A DNA stretch of 64,000 bases, from positions 41,416-105,415 of the forward strand of contig DYJT01000001.1 in NCBI GenBank assembly GCA_020722965.1, read 5' to 3'. Positions 40,409 to 51,011 of this stretch are shown piece by piece. Below the pieces are notes generated by a model. The model was not told the DNA's origin. It saw nothing but the letters and a program-made list of their open reading frames with translations, and ran no database searches. A program made the position numbers and the translations under genes. The DNA comes from Brachyspira murdochii (GTDB taxonomy: Bacteria; Spirochaetota; JAAYUW01). How positions within the stretch are numbered: the first letter of the stretch is position 1; every line of letters begins with the position of its first letter.

Positions 40409-40798
40409 ATGGAAATTTTAAAAAATTTAAAATATTCAAAAACACATGAATGGGTAAGAGTAGAAGATGGAATAGCATATGTTGGTATTTCAGATTTTGC
40501 ACAGGATTCTCTTGGAGATATAGTTTATGTCGAACTTCCAGAAGTTGATACCGAAGTTTCAAAAGGGGATGAGGTAAGTAATATTGAATCTGTAAAAGCT
40601 GCATCACCAATTTTTTCCCCTGTTAGTGGTAACATTGTTAAGGTAAATGAAGATCTTGAAGATAACGCTGAAGTAATAAATGAAAAACCTTATGATTCTT
40701 ATATTTTTGCAATTGAACTTTCAAACCCATCAGAATTAGATGAGTTAATGGAAGCTGATCAATATGAAGAATATTGTGAGACTGAAGGTTCTCACTAA
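40409..40798 (+). CDS. gcvH: glycine cleavage system H protein
   Basis: 129 aa; lipoyl-lysine motif ESVKAAS; HEW motif. Confidence 0.9.
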   Translation: MEILKNLKYSKTHEWVRVEDGIAYVGISDFAQDSLGDIVYVELPEVDTEVSKGDEVSNIESVKAASPIFSPVSGNIVKVNEDLEDNAEVINEKPYDSYIFAIELSNPSELDELMEADQYEEYCETEGSH

Positions 40799-40807
40799 GG
40801 AGAATTT

Positions 40808-42148
40808 ATGCATCCTTATATTCCGCATACTTCGGAAGAAGTAAAACAGATGCTTTCGGATATTGGAGTAAATTCAATAGATGAACTTTTTGCCGATATC
40901 CCTGAGCAAATTAAGTTAAAAGGGAATTTAAATATCCATAATTCAATGTCGGAATACGAAGTATACAGAGAATTAAAAAAACTCTCTGAAAAAAATATTC
41001 AGATGATCTCTTTTTTAGGTGCTGGTTGTTATGATCATATAATACCAGCTGTAGTTCAAAATATAATTTCTAGAAGTGAATTTTATACCTCATATACACC
41101 ATATCAAGCCGAAATATCTCAAGGAACATTACAATCTATTTTTGAATTTCAATCCTTAATCTGCGAATTAACTGGACTTGATGTTTCAAATGCATCTTTG
41201 TACGATGGTCATACTGCAGCGTCAGAAGCCTCTGTTATGGCATTAAATTCCGTAAGGAAATCGGACACAATATTGATTTCGGAATATCTTCATCCTTTTA
41301 CAAAGCAGGTATTAAAAACATATTTTTATGGTCTTGATATAAAGATAATTGAAGTAAAAGGGCAAAATGGTTTAACTGATTTAGCTGATTTAAAATCTAA
41401 AATTAGTCCGAATGTTGCTTGTTTTATTGGTCAAACACCAAACTTTATGGGTGTCCTTGAAGATTTTTCTGAAATTTCTAAGGTATGTAAAGAGAATAAA
41501 AAATTGTTTATTCTCTCATCAAATCCTACAAGTTTAACAGTATTTAAAAATCAAAAAGAATGGGATGCAGATATAGCAATAGGAGATTTGCAACCATTTG
41601 GTATGCCTCAGTATTTTGGTGGTCCTTCTGCTGGTTATATAGCAGCGAAAGAAGAATATCTAAGAAAGATGCCAGGTAGGATAGTTGGTCAAACAGTTGA
41701 TAGAGAAGGAAACAGGGGATTTGTCCTTACATTGCAGGCTAGGGAACAACATATAAAAAGAGAAAGAGCGACCTCAAATATCTGTTCAAATCAAGCATTA
41801 ATGGCTCTTGCTTCTACTGTTTATATGAGTATCATGGGGATAAATGGATTAAAAGAAGTAGCAAGTAGATCTATATCTTCTGCTCATTATCTTTTAAACA
41901 AGCTTATCGAGATAAAAGCCGGTAATTTAATATTCGATCAACCTTTTTACAATGAATTTGCCTTCACATTTAACCATCCTGTTGAAAATATCTTAAATCA
42001 ACTCCAGAAAAAAAATATATTTGGCGGTATAATGCTAGAACCAATTCTAGGCTCGAAATTTAAAAATACCCTTTTAATTGCGTTAACAGAGAAGAGAACA
42101 AAAGAAGAATTGGATCTATATATTCAGACTCTGAAGGAGTTATTATGA
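40808..42148 (+). CDS. gcvPA: glycine dehydrogenase (decarboxylating) subunit 1
   Basis: 446 aa; split P-protein N-terminal half; overlaps gcvPB by 4 nt. Confidence 0.9.
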   Translation: MHPYIPHTSEEVKQMLSDIGVNSIDELFADIPEQIKLKGNLNIHNSMSEYEVYRELKKLSEKNIQMISFLGAGCYDHIIPAVVQNIISRSEFYTSYTPYQAEISQGTLQSIFEFQSLICELTGLDVSNASLYDGHTAASEASVMALNSVRKSDTILISEYLHPFTKQVLKTYFYGLDIKIIEVKGQNGLTDLADLKSKISPNVACFIGQTPNFMGVLEDFSEISKVCKENKKLFILSSNPTSLTVFKNQKEWDADIAIGDLQPFGMPQYFGGPSAGYIAAKEEYLRKMPGRIVGQTVDREGNRGFVLTLQAREQHIKRERATSNICSNQALMALASTVYMSIMGINGLKEVASRSISSAHYLLNKLIEIKAGNLIFDQPFYNEFAFTFNHPVENILNQLQKKNIFGGIMLEPILGSKFKNTLLIALTEKRTKEELDLYIQTLKELL

Positions 42149-43584
42149 CCAGTTTATTGAAAGAAATATCAAAAAAAGGAAGAGTTGGTTATATCTTACC
42201 ACAAACAAATATTCCCGATATTCCATTGAAAAAATTATATCCCGATAATTTGCTTGCAAAAAGCGATAGAAATATACCAGAGCTTTCTGAAATCGATGTG
42301 ATAAGGCATTTTACCCAATTATCAACGAAAAACTTCTCTGTTGACAAGGGATTTTACCCTCTTGGTTCATGTACGATGAAATATAATCCTAAAATAAATG
42401 AGGAAACTGCGAGGCTAAATGGTTTTGCAAATATACATCCACTGCAGGATCCTAAGACTGTTCAGGGAATTTTAGAGCTGCAATATAAGCTTTTAAAAGC
42501 ACTCTCAGAGATTACGGGCATGAGATGGGGTACCTTGCAACCTTTTGCTGGAGCCCATGGCGAATTTGTAGGCATGAAGCTTTTTAAGGCTTATTTTATG
42601 GCAAAAGGCGAAAAAAGAACAAAGGTACTTGTTCCAGATTCAGCCCATGGAACTAATCCAGCATCTTCTCATATAGCTGGCTTTGATGTTATCGAAATTA
42701 AATCTGGTGCAGATGGATTGGTCTCAATCGAAGAGGTAAAAAAACATATTGGTCCAGATCTTGCTGGCTTGATGCTTACAAATCCAAATACCCTGGGTCT
42801 ATTCGAAAAGAACATCATAGAGATCGCTAAATTGATACACGATGTAGGTGGTTTGCTTTACTATGATGGCGCTAATTTTAACGCTATTTTAGGAAAAGTA
42901 AGACCTGGAGATATGAACTTCGATGTTGTTCATTTAAATTTGCACAAAACATTCTCCACTCCTCATGGCGGTGGTGGTCCTGGTAGTGGGCCTATAATGG
43001 TAAATGAAAAGTTGATTCCATTTTTACCTATACCAGATATTGTTTTTAAAGATGGGTTTTATAGCCTTGATTACAATAAACCTCAATCTATAGGTCGAGT
43101 ATCTGGGTTTTATGGGAATATTGCTGTGCTTGTAAAAGCTTATACTTACATATTAACAATGGGGCAAAAAGGGTTGAATGAGGTAGCCGAAAAATCTGTT
43201 CTTAATGCAAATTATCTGAGGGTAAAATTATCGAAATTTATTAAAATTGCTTATGATTCCATTTGTAAACATGAATTTGTGCTTAGTGGAAAAGAATTAA
43301 AAGATAATTACAATGTTTCTACTCTTGATGTAGCTAAAAGAATGCTTGATTATGGGGTTCATCCACCAACAATTTATTTCCCGTTGATAGTCCCTGAAGC
43401 GATAATGATAGAGCCGACCGAAACAGAATCCAAAGAAACACTAGATTATTTTATATCTATATTAGAAAAGATAGTCTCTGAAATAAAAGAAAATCCGCAA
43501 ATATTACACCAAGCTCCTTTACTAACACCGGTAAAACGATTAGATGAAGTTAAGGCTGCAAAAGAACCAATTTTAAAATGGTAA
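42145..43584 (+). CDS. gcvPB: glycine dehydrogenase (decarboxylating) subunit 2
   Basis: 479 aa; PLP-lysine region HLNLHKTFSTPHGGGGPG. Confidence 0.9.
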   Translation: MTSLLKEISKKGRVGYILPQTNIPDIPLKKLYPDNLLAKSDRNIPELSEIDVIRHFTQLSTKNFSVDKGFYPLGSCTMKYNPKINEETARLNGFANIHPLQDPKTVQGILELQYKLLKALSEITGMRWGTLQPFAGAHGEFVGMKLFKAYFMAKGEKRTKVLVPDSAHGTNPASSHIAGFDVIEIKSGADGLVSIEEVKKHIGPDLAGLMLTNPNTLGLFEKNIIEIAKLIHDVGGLLYYDGANFNAILGKVRPGDMNFDVVHLNLHKTFSTPHGGGGPGSGPIMVNEKLIPFLPIPDIVFKDGFYSLDYNKPQSIGRVSGFYGNIAVLVKAYTYILTMGQKGLNEVAEKSVLNANYLRVKLSKFIKIAYDSICKHEFVLSGKELKDNYNVSTLDVAKRMLDYGVHPPTIYFPLIVPEAIMIEPTETESKETLDYFISILEKIVSEIKENPQILHQAPLLTPVKRLDEVKAAKEPILKW

Positions 43585-43589
43585 AAAAT

Positions 43590-43620
43590 GGGCAGTAGAA
43601 CAACTGCCCTGTTTTTGTTT
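43590..43620 (+). terminator. rho-independent terminator after the gcv operon
   Basis: GGGCAG-(8 nt)-CTGCCC hairpin followed by TGTTTTTGTTT, 6 nt after the gcvPB stop. Confidence 0.6.
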
Positions 43621-43721
43621 AAAAAACTTGTAAAAGGTTTCAATAATTTAATTTTGTGCTATTTAATAAAGAGAATAAAGTTAAAGATTGATTAATTAAA
43701 TTTTAACATTTTGGAGTATTT

Positions 43722-44123
43722 ATGAATTTTCAAGTAGAGACTTTATTTAAAGATGGTAAAGAGGTCTTTTTTGAAAGAGGTACAATTATATATAGGAAAG
43801 GTGAAAAGATACTTGAAGATGCAATATATTATATAAAAGATGGCCTTGTTACAATAAGAATTAATAAAAAAAATGGTGATAAGGTAAAGGTTTATAGGCA
43901 AAGAGGTGAAATCTTCGGTATTGATGAATCCCTTGTTGCAGAAGAAAGAATAACAGATGCGGTAGCAGAAGAAAATACCATTGTCTATATATGGAATAAA
44001 ACAGATTTTTTCTTGAATACTTCGATAAATTGGGAACTTTCTCTTTATTCTATCAAATCTCTTTCATCATATTTAAGAATTTTAAATTCTGAATTTCTTG
44101 ATCAAAAAAGTTTTACACTTTAA
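43722..44123 (+). CDS. stand-alone cyclic nucleotide-binding (CAP effector) domain protein
   Basis: 133 aa; beta-roll signature GEIFGIDESL; no DNA-binding or other output domain. Confidence 0.55.
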   Translation: MNFQVETLFKDGKEVFFERGTIIYRKGEKILEDAIYYIKDGLVTIRINKKNGDKVKVYRQRGEIFGIDESLVAEERITDAVAEENTIVYIWNKTDFFLNTSINWELSLYSIKSLSSYLRILNSEFLDQKSFTL

Positions 44124-44158
44124 AATCAAATAATTTTTTAATCGATTAAGGGAATATT

Positions 44159-44572
44159 ATGGGAAGAATCACAGAAGATTTCATTAAATTTGGATTCGAA
44201 GGTGAAGGTGGTTTAACAAAGGAATTTATAGATAGATATTCAATAAAATATCCTAAGAATAAAATTATAATTCAAGAGGGAGAAAGAGCTTCTGATGTTT
44301 ATTATATTCTTGAAGGCTCTGTTTATGTAACAAAAAAAATGCATGATACTTTTAAGGTTTTAACATATCTTGATAAAGGCGATATCTTCGGAGAAATGGG
44401 TGTAATAGAAGATACAATTAGATCTGCTACAATAATAACTAGAGAAGATACAATTTTATTAAAATTTACTAAAGAGGAATTCAAAGAAATATTAAAAATC
44501 CACCCAAGATGGATCGATAAAATAATCCAGGATATGTCAGAAAGAATAATTACAATGATTCACAAATTATAG
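44159..44572 (+). CDS. stand-alone cyclic nucleotide-binding domain protein
   Basis: 137 aa; GDIFGEMGVI...RSATIIT is the canonical cNMP-binding cassette; no output domain. Confidence 0.6.
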   Translation: MGRITEDFIKFGFEGEGGLTKEFIDRYSIKYPKNKIIIQEGERASDVYYILEGSVYVTKKMHDTFKVLTYLDKGDIFGEMGVIEDTIRSATIITREDTILLKFTKEEFKEILKIHPRWIDKIIQDMSERIITMIHKL

Positions 44573-44648
44573 ATTGTAATAATTTATTTCATCAAAAAAA
44601 TCTTTGAAATAATTAAAATTTAACATTTAATTGATTTGTGGAGGATTT

Positions 44649-47312
44649 ATGGCTTATAATATCGAATCTTTCGATTTGAAATATAATCCCATCGATTTTG
44701 AGCAGGAAATTTATGATTTTTGGGAAAAGAACAGTACTTTTAAGGTAGAAATCTATAAAAATAAAGCTAAATTTGTTATTCCTATGCCTCCTCCTAATGT
44801 TACAGGTGTATTACATATGGGGCATGCGCTTCAAGATTCTATTCAAGACCTGTATATTAGGTATAAGAAGATGAAAGGTTATAATGTTTTTTGGATTCCA
44901 GGAAAAGATCACGCAGGAATTGCGACTCAAAATGTCGTAGAAAAAATGCTATTAAATGAAGGTATAAAAAAAGAAGATCTAGGTAGAGAAAAATTTATAA
45001 AAAAGGTATGGGAAGTCGTCGATAGACATAAAAATCATATGGAAAAACAGAAAAAAATTTTGGGAGATAGCTGTGATTGGTCTAAAGAAAAATTTACCTT
45101 AGATGATGACATGACAAAAGCGGTAATCCATGCATTTGTTCAGTTATATGATAAAGGTTTAATTTTCAAGGGTAAATATATAGTAAACTGGTGCCCACGA
45201 TGTGGAACTGCACTTTCAGATGAAGAAGTCGAATCTGTTGAAGATAATTCATTTTTATGGTACATCAGATATCCTCTTACTGACGGGGCATCTGATATTA
45301 TTGTCGCTACAACAAGACCAGAAACTATGCTTGGTGATACGGCTGTTGCTGTAAATCCAGAAGATGAAAGATATAAGGATTTAATAGGTAAGAAGGTGAG
45401 ATTACCACTTACAAAAAGAGAGATAGAAATAATTGCGGACAGTTATGTAGACCCATCTTTTGGTACTGGTGCAGTAAAGATAACACCAGCACATGATCCT
45501 AATGATTACGATGTCGCAAAAAGGCATGATCTTCAAATGATAAATGTAATCGATGATAATGGATTTATGACAGAAAATGTTCCAGAACAATTTAAAAATC
45601 TGGATAGATTCAGTTGTAGAGAGAAAATTGTAAAGGAATTGGAAGAAAAAGGATATTTAGTTAAAGTCGAACCATATTTACATTCTATTGGGCGCTGTTC
45701 AAGATGTAATACCACAATCGAACCAAAACTTTCCGATCAATGGTTTGTCGATTTAAAAAAGATTTCAGCAAAAGCGAAAAAATATGTAGAAGATGGTATA
45801 ATAAAAATCTTCCCATCGAGATGGGAAAAAATCTATTTCGATTGGATAGATAATATTAAAGAATGGTGTATATCAAGGCAGTTGTGGTGGGGGCATAGGA
45901 TACCTGTATATTACTGTGAAGATTGTAAACAAACAATCGTTTCCGAGCAGAGGGTTTCAACATGTCCAAATTGTAAAAGTAGCAATATTGTTCAAGATGA
46001 AGATGTCTTAGATACCTGGTTCTCATCATGGTTATGGCCTTTTTCAACTCTTGGATGGCCTGAACAAACCGAGATGCTTCAAAATTTCTATCCAACAGAT
46101 CTTTTAGTTTCAGGTTATGATATTTTGTTTTTCTGGGTAATAAAGATGGTAATCGCCAGCTCTGTTTTCCTTGATAAACCACCCTTTTATGATATATATC
46201 TTACTCCATTGATCAGAGACAAGTTCGGAAAAAAGATGTCAAAATCTTTAGGTAATGGAATAGATCCAATTGATGTGGTAAAGCAATATGGAGCAGATGC
46301 ATTAAGATTCACTTTAATATATCTTTCAACTGACGGGCAGGATATAAATCTGGATCCATTAAAATTTGAGATGGGTAGGAATTTCGCAAATAAGATCTGG
46401 AATGTATTTAAATTCGCATATCCATATATAAGTAATATTAAAGAAGAAATTGAAACAATTGATTATAATTCATGTGATTTATATGATAGATGGATAATTA
46501 CAAGATTAAACCAGACAATTAAATCATTAGATAATTATTATGATAACTATAAAATTCAATTTATAGCCCAATATCTTTATGGTTTTATCTGGGATGATTT
46601 CTGTGACTGGTATATTGAAACCTGCAAACCTATCCTATTTGGTGATGATGATGCTAGAAAAATTGCAAAAACAAAAATATTGAAGTATAATATAGTTTCA
46701 ATTTTAAAGATAATCCATCCAATAATGCCATTTATATCTGAAAGATTATACCAGGTAATTTCGAAAAATGAAAAAAAGATATTGGCTATGGAAAAATATC
46801 CTACTGTTAATGAAGAACAGATTGATTTAAAATCGATAGAAGATTTTGAATTTTTAAATAAATTAATTGTTGGTATAAGAAATATTAAGGCCGAATTAAA
46901 TTTACATGGTAGAAAAGATTTAATTTTTAACATAAAGACAATAGATGAAAAAGAAAAAAATCTGATTTTAAAAGAAAAAGAAATCATAAAATTTCTTGCA
47001 CAGATAAATGATGTTTCATTTATCGATAAAGAACCCAGGGAAAAGTTTTCTACTTCTATAATAAAAAATAGTACGATTTATCTAATAATCGAAGGGATTG
47101 TAGATATAGAAAAAGAGATTGAAAGGCTAAAAAAAGAGATAGATAAAATTAATGAAACTGAAGAAAAACTTAGCAAAAAATTGAAATCTACTGAATTTAT
47201 CCAGAAGGCTAAACCAGAAGTTGTTGAAAGAACTAAAATGGAGTATGAAGAAACTCAAATAAAATTGCAAAAACTTAAAGAAAAACTTGGTTTTCTGGAA
47301 AAGAAAGATTAA
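44649..47312 (+). CDS. valS: valine--tRNA ligase (GGAGG-preceded ATG at 44649; track ORF starts at 44631)
   Basis: HIGH motif PNVTGVLHMGH; KMSKS; C-terminal coiled-coil. Confidence 0.95.
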   Translation: MAYNIESFDLKYNPIDFEQEIYDFWEKNSTFKVEIYKNKAKFVIPMPPPNVTGVLHMGHALQDSIQDLYIRYKKMKGYNVFWIPGKDHAGIATQNVVEKMLLNEGIKKEDLGREKFIKKVWEVVDRHKNHMEKQKKILGDSCDWSKEKFTLDDDMTKAVIHAFVQLYDKGLIFKGKYIVNWCPRCGTALSDEEVESVEDNSFLWYIRYPLTDGASDIIVATTRPETMLGDTAVAVNPEDERYKDLIGKKVRLPLTKREIEIIADSYVDPSFGTGAVKITPAHDPNDYDVAKRHDLQMINVIDDNGFMTENVPEQFKNLDRFSCREKIVKELEEKGYLVKVEPYLHSIGRCSRCNTTIEPKLSDQWFVDLKKISAKAKKYVEDGIIKIFPSRWEKIYFDWIDNIKEWCISRQLWWGHRIPVYYCEDCKQTIVSEQRVSTCPNCKSSNIVQDEDVLDTWFSSWLWPFSTLGWPEQTEMLQNFYPTDLLVSGYDILFFWVIKMVIASSVFLDKPPFYDIYLTPLIRDKFGKKMSKSLGNGIDPIDVVKQYGADALRFTLIYLSTDGQDINLDPLKFEMGRNFANKIWNVFKFAYPYISNIKEEIETIDYNSCDLYDRWIITRLNQTIKSLDNYYDNYKIQFIAQYLYGFIWDDFCDWYIETCKPILFGDDDARKIAKTKILKYNIVSILKIIHPIMPFISERLYQVISKNEKKILAMEKYPTVNEEQIDLKSIEDFEFLNKLIVGIRNIKAELNLHGRKDLIFNIKTIDEKEKNLILKEKEIIKFLAQINDVSFIDKEPREKFSTSIIKNSTIYLIIEGIVDIEKEIERLKKEIDKINETEEKLSKKLKSTEFIQKAKPEVVERTKMEYEETQIKLQKLKEKLGFLEKKD

Positions 47313-47356
47313 AACGCATTAAATTTAGGAAATTTGAATAAAATAGTGGGGTTAAA

Positions 47357-49096
47357 ATGAAGATACAAAATCTTTTTGGAATGAGAATTAAAGAAAATCC
47401 TAAAGATGCTGAACTTATTTCTCATAAGCTTTTAGTAAGAGCCGGCTTTTTAAGACAGAATGCGACTGGTATTTATTCCAATTTACCTTTGTTGCAAAGG
47501 GTATTGCTGAAAATATCTGAAATAATTAGAGAAGAGATGAATGCGATAGATGGGCAGGAAATTTTAATGCCATTGATTCAACCAAAAGAGATGTGGGAAA
47601 AAACAGGAAGATATCAGACAATAAAGGAAGAGTTGCTTAGATTCAAAGACAGATGGGATAAGGGAATGGTTTTAGCGATGACACATGAAGAGGCCGTATC
47701 TTTTCTTGCTAAAACAGAAATAGCTTCCTATAAGCAACTTCCCCTTATGGTATACCAGATCCAACTTAAATTCAGAGATGAACCAAGATGTAGAGGTGGG
47801 ATAATTAGAGTTAGAGAATTTACCATGAAAGATGGCTACTCATTCCATAGAGATGAGGAATGTCTGAAAGAGTATTATGAAAGAGTTTTTAAAGCTTATG
47901 AAAATATATTCAAAAGAGCGGGTTTAAAAAATGTGATAGCAGTACAGGCAGATCCCGGGATGATGGGGGGAAGAATTTCACATGAATTCATGCTCTTGGT
48001 CCCATCAGGTGAAGATACGATAATCTATTGTGATAAATGTGGATATAAAGCCAATAAAGAAGTCGCGGTTTCCAATGTTATTTCATATAAGGAGGAGCCT
48101 AAAGAGCTTAAACTTGTTGAGACCCCAGATCAAAAGACAATTGAGGAAGTTGCTAATTTTTTAGGCTTACCTAAATATAAGACTGTAAAAGCAGTATTTT
48201 ATGCAGATGATAAAGATCAGGTATATCTTGTCATGATTAGGGGTGACAGAGAGGTTAATGAAACCAGGTTTAAAAAACTTATAAATTCAACTTTTATAAG
48301 GTTTGCAGATAATGATGAGATCATTAAATTTGGAGCTATCCCTGGATATGCCTCATGTATTGGTGTTAAAAAAGATTTAAAGATATTTGTAGATAAGACT
48401 GTTTTAGAATCAAATAACCTTGTTGCAGGTGCTAATAAAGAAGGTTATCATTATATTAATTTCAATTTTTCAAGAGATGTTGATATAAAAGATTTTCCTA
48501 ATATGGTTATCGAAAGTTTTGTATCAGTAGAGCAAGAGGATCAATGTCCACAGTGTAATTCTAACTTAAAAGTCGCTAGAGGAATCGAGATTGGTAATAT
48601 TTTTCAACTTGGAGATAAGTATACCAGGTCTTATGATATAAAAGTGCTTGATGAAAATGGTAAGACATTTTTCCCGGTTATGGGATGCTATGGAATAGGT
48701 GTGGGTAGACTCGCGGGTAGCATAGTCGAAGAATCGAATGATGAAAAAGGGATAATCTGGCCTATAACTGTTGCACCATTTGAAATACATATTGTATCAT
48801 TGAATCTCAAAAATCCTGAGGTTTACGATAAAGCTAATACTCTTTACAATGAATTAAAAGAAAGTGGATTCGAAGTTCTCATCGATGATAGAGAAGAATC
48901 TGCTGGTATAAAATTTGCCGATGCAGACTTGATTGGTATTCCTTTTCAAATTATTGTATCACAAAAGCTTTTAGAAAAAAAGCAATATGAGATAAAGATA
49001 AGATCGACATCTGAAAAGATGATTGTTGAAGAGGATAGGATAGTAAGCACGATTGCTACTTTAGTAGAAAAAGAGTATTTGAAATACAATTATTAA
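47357..49096 (+). CDS. proS: proline--tRNA ligase (bacterial type with INS editing domain); start may be the Met near 47381
   Basis: 579 aa; class II motifs; N-terminus ENPKDAELISHKLLVRAGF. Confidence 0.9.
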   Translation: MKIQNLFGMRIKENPKDAELISHKLLVRAGFLRQNATGIYSNLPLLQRVLLKISEIIREEMNAIDGQEILMPLIQPKEMWEKTGRYQTIKEELLRFKDRWDKGMVLAMTHEEAVSFLAKTEIASYKQLPLMVYQIQLKFRDEPRCRGGIIRVREFTMKDGYSFHRDEECLKEYYERVFKAYENIFKRAGLKNVIAVQADPGMMGGRISHEFMLLVPSGEDTIIYCDKCGYKANKEVAVSNVISYKEEPKELKLVETPDQKTIEEVANFLGLPKYKTVKAVFYADDKDQVYLVMIRGDREVNETRFKKLINSTFIRFADNDEIIKFGAIPGYASCIGVKKDLKIFVDKTVLESNNLVAGANKEGYHYINFNFSRDVDIKDFPNMVIESFVSVEQEDQCPQCNSNLKVARGIEIGNIFQLGDKYTRSYDIKVLDENGKTFFPVMGCYGIGVGRLAGSIVEESNDEKGIIWPITVAPFEIHIVSLNLKNPEVYDKANTLYNELKESGFEVLIDDREESAGIKFADADLIGIPFQIIVSQKLLEKKQYEIKIRSTSEKMIVEEDRIVSTIATLVEKEYLKYNY

Positions 49097-49689
49097 CTAC
49101 CTGCATATTTTTTAGCTTTTTCTGATAATACAAAACTTCGCCTATGTATTATAGAATTACCATATCTTAAAATTTTGCTGATATGAGATTTCGTGCCATA
49201 TCCCTTGTGAATATTAAAATCATACTCCGAGATATATTTCGCTATATTTTTCATATAAAGATCTCTTTCGACTTTAGCCACAATAGATGCCGCACTAACG
49301 GCTGTAATTTTGCTATCTGCTTTAATGATTGAATAAGTATAATCTTCCTTTATTGGATTATAATTCCCATCGATAATAGTGATTATTTTCAATTCCGGGA
49401 ATAATTTTTTCACATCAAGATAGATTTGATTCATAAGAAGATAAATAGATTTAGAGATACCCAAATGGTCAATTACAATATTTGAAAGATGGTAAAATTG
49501 GTAAAACAAAGAGTATTCTTTTATTATAGAATAAGCAAATTCTCTTTTTTCTGGTTTTAAGAGTTTTGAGTCCTTTATTTTTTCGTTTGTATAATATTCG
49601 GGTAACAAAACTCCAGCGACATAAACAGGACCGGCTAAAGATCCCCTTCCTGCCTCATCTATTCCTAAAATATATTTACTATGGCTCAT
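49093..49689 (-). CDS. rnhB: ribonuclease HII
   Basis: 198 aa; N-terminus ILGIDEAGRGSLAGPV; 4-nt convergent overlap with proS. Confidence 0.85.
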   Translation of the reverse strand: MSHSKYILGIDEAGRGSLAGPVYVAGVLLPEYYTNEKIKDSKLLKPEKREFAYSIIKEYSLFYQFYHLSNIVIDHLGISKSIYLLMNQIYLDVKKLFPELKIITIIDGNYNPIKEDYTYSIIKADSKITAVSAASIVAKVERDLYMKNIAKYISEYDFNIHKGYGTKSHISKILRYGNSIIHRRSFVLSEKAKKYAGS

Positions 49690-49718
49690 TAAGGTTCTCT
49701 TTTAATAAAAAAATTTAA

Positions 49719-51008
49719 TCAAAAAAATTCTCCAACAAGTGTATCATCAATTTTACCGATTATTTTTACTTTAATATATTCACCTTTAAAAACCTTAATA
49801 AAATTTCTGTTTTTTGCTGCTATATTCAAATTATGATATGTTCTGCCTTTAAGTATTCCTTTCTCTATCTTTTCAACCAGGAATAATTCATCGAGTCCAA
49901 TAAATGAATTAATAAAATTATGTTTATTTTTTCTTGTGATACTGAATAATCTTTCAATATAATAAGATTTTTCTTCGTTTGTTAATGTTTCGGCCATGGT
50001 AAATGCTTCTGTCCCCTCCCTTTTAGAAAAGGGGAAAAGATGAAGATGATGAAATCCAATTTCTCTAATGACTTTTTCAGTTTCCCTGATTGTATTTTTG
50101 TTTTCTTGAGGGAATCCAACAATAATATCTGTAGATAAAAAGCAGTCTTCTCTGGATTTTTTAATCTTTTCAGTTATTTTAATAAATTCAGCAACATTGT
50201 ATGGGCGTCTCATAAGGGAGAGAATAGAATCTGACGCCGATTGTATTGGTAGATGAAAATATGGTTTTATATTTTTATTCTTTATTATTTCAAAAAATTT
50301 ATCATCCAGATTCTTGATTTCAATTGAAGATAGTTGAAAGATAATATTTGGGTATTTTTGTATTAGGTTTTCGATTAAAGAAGAAAAAGAAAGATTACCA
50401 TATTTATAAGCAGCAATGTTTATTCCCGTTAATACTACCTCATTGAAATCAGATTTTTTTATCTCATCCATTAATTTGATTATATTATTAAAGCTTAAGG
50501 ATTGCTCTTTTCCCCTTACAATCCTCACTTTACAATATGTACAGTTGTTATTACAGCCATCCTGTATTTTTAAAAACGCTCTACTGTGAAAGTTTTTACC
50601 TATAGCTGTGGTAAAAAATCGATTTTTGGAATGTAAGTTTATGATAGAATTAAGATCATTAAGGTATATATTCTTTTTTCTAGAGTTTTTTGCTATAAAA
50701 CCATTTAAAATTTCTGCTAAAGTTCCTTTATAATCAATAGAGATATAAAATAGATTATCATCCTGAATTTTTGTAGTAGGGTCAAAGCATCCGGTAACAA
50801 TACAAATTTTGTTATTATTTAATACTTGATTAATCAATCTTAAACATTTTTTCTCCGCTTCAGATGTAACTGTACAGCTGTTTATAACTACGATATCTGA
50901 ATCATCTATATTATTCGTAATGTTTTCATTATTATCTATTTTACTTATAATCGATTCTGTTTCAGATATATTTAATCTGCAACCGAATGTTTTAAATGCT
51001 ATTTTCAT
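49719..51008 (-). CDS. MiaB/MtaB-family radical-SAM tRNA methylthiotransferase
   Basis: 429 aa; MTTase N-domain with 3 Cys; radical SAM CNNNCTYC; C-terminal TRAM-like domain. Confidence 0.8.
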   Translation of the reverse strand: MKIAFKTFGCRLNISETESIISKIDNNENITNNIDDSDIVVINSCTVTSEAEKKCLRLINQVLNNNKICIVTGCFDPTTKIQDDNLFYISIDYKGTLAEILNGFIAKNSRKKNIYLNDLNSIINLHSKNRFFTTAIGKNFHSRAFLKIQDGCNNNCTYCKVRIVRGKEQSLSFNNIIKLMDEIKKSDFNEVVLTGINIAAYKYGNLSFSSLIENLIQKYPNIIFQLSSIEIKNLDDKFFEIIKNKNIKPYFHLPIQSASDSILSLMRRPYNVAEFIKITEKIKKSREDCFLSTDIIVGFPQENKNTIRETEKVIREIGFHHLHLFPFSKREGTEAFTMAETLTNEEKSYYIERLFSITRKNKHNFINSFIGLDELFLVEKIEKGILKGRTYHNLNIAAKNRNFIKVFKGEYIKVKIIGKIDDTLVGEFF

Positions 51009-51011
51009 TAT

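Noticed and set aside
43446-43643. 65-aa minus-strand ORF
   Set aside because: It is antisense to the gcvPB 3' end and spans the gcv terminator hairpin; a shadow ORF.
44573-44648. T-box or other leader upstream of valS, proS or lysS
   Set aside because: The leaders are under 80 nt and AT-rich, with no specifier/antiterminator-like GC-rich helices.
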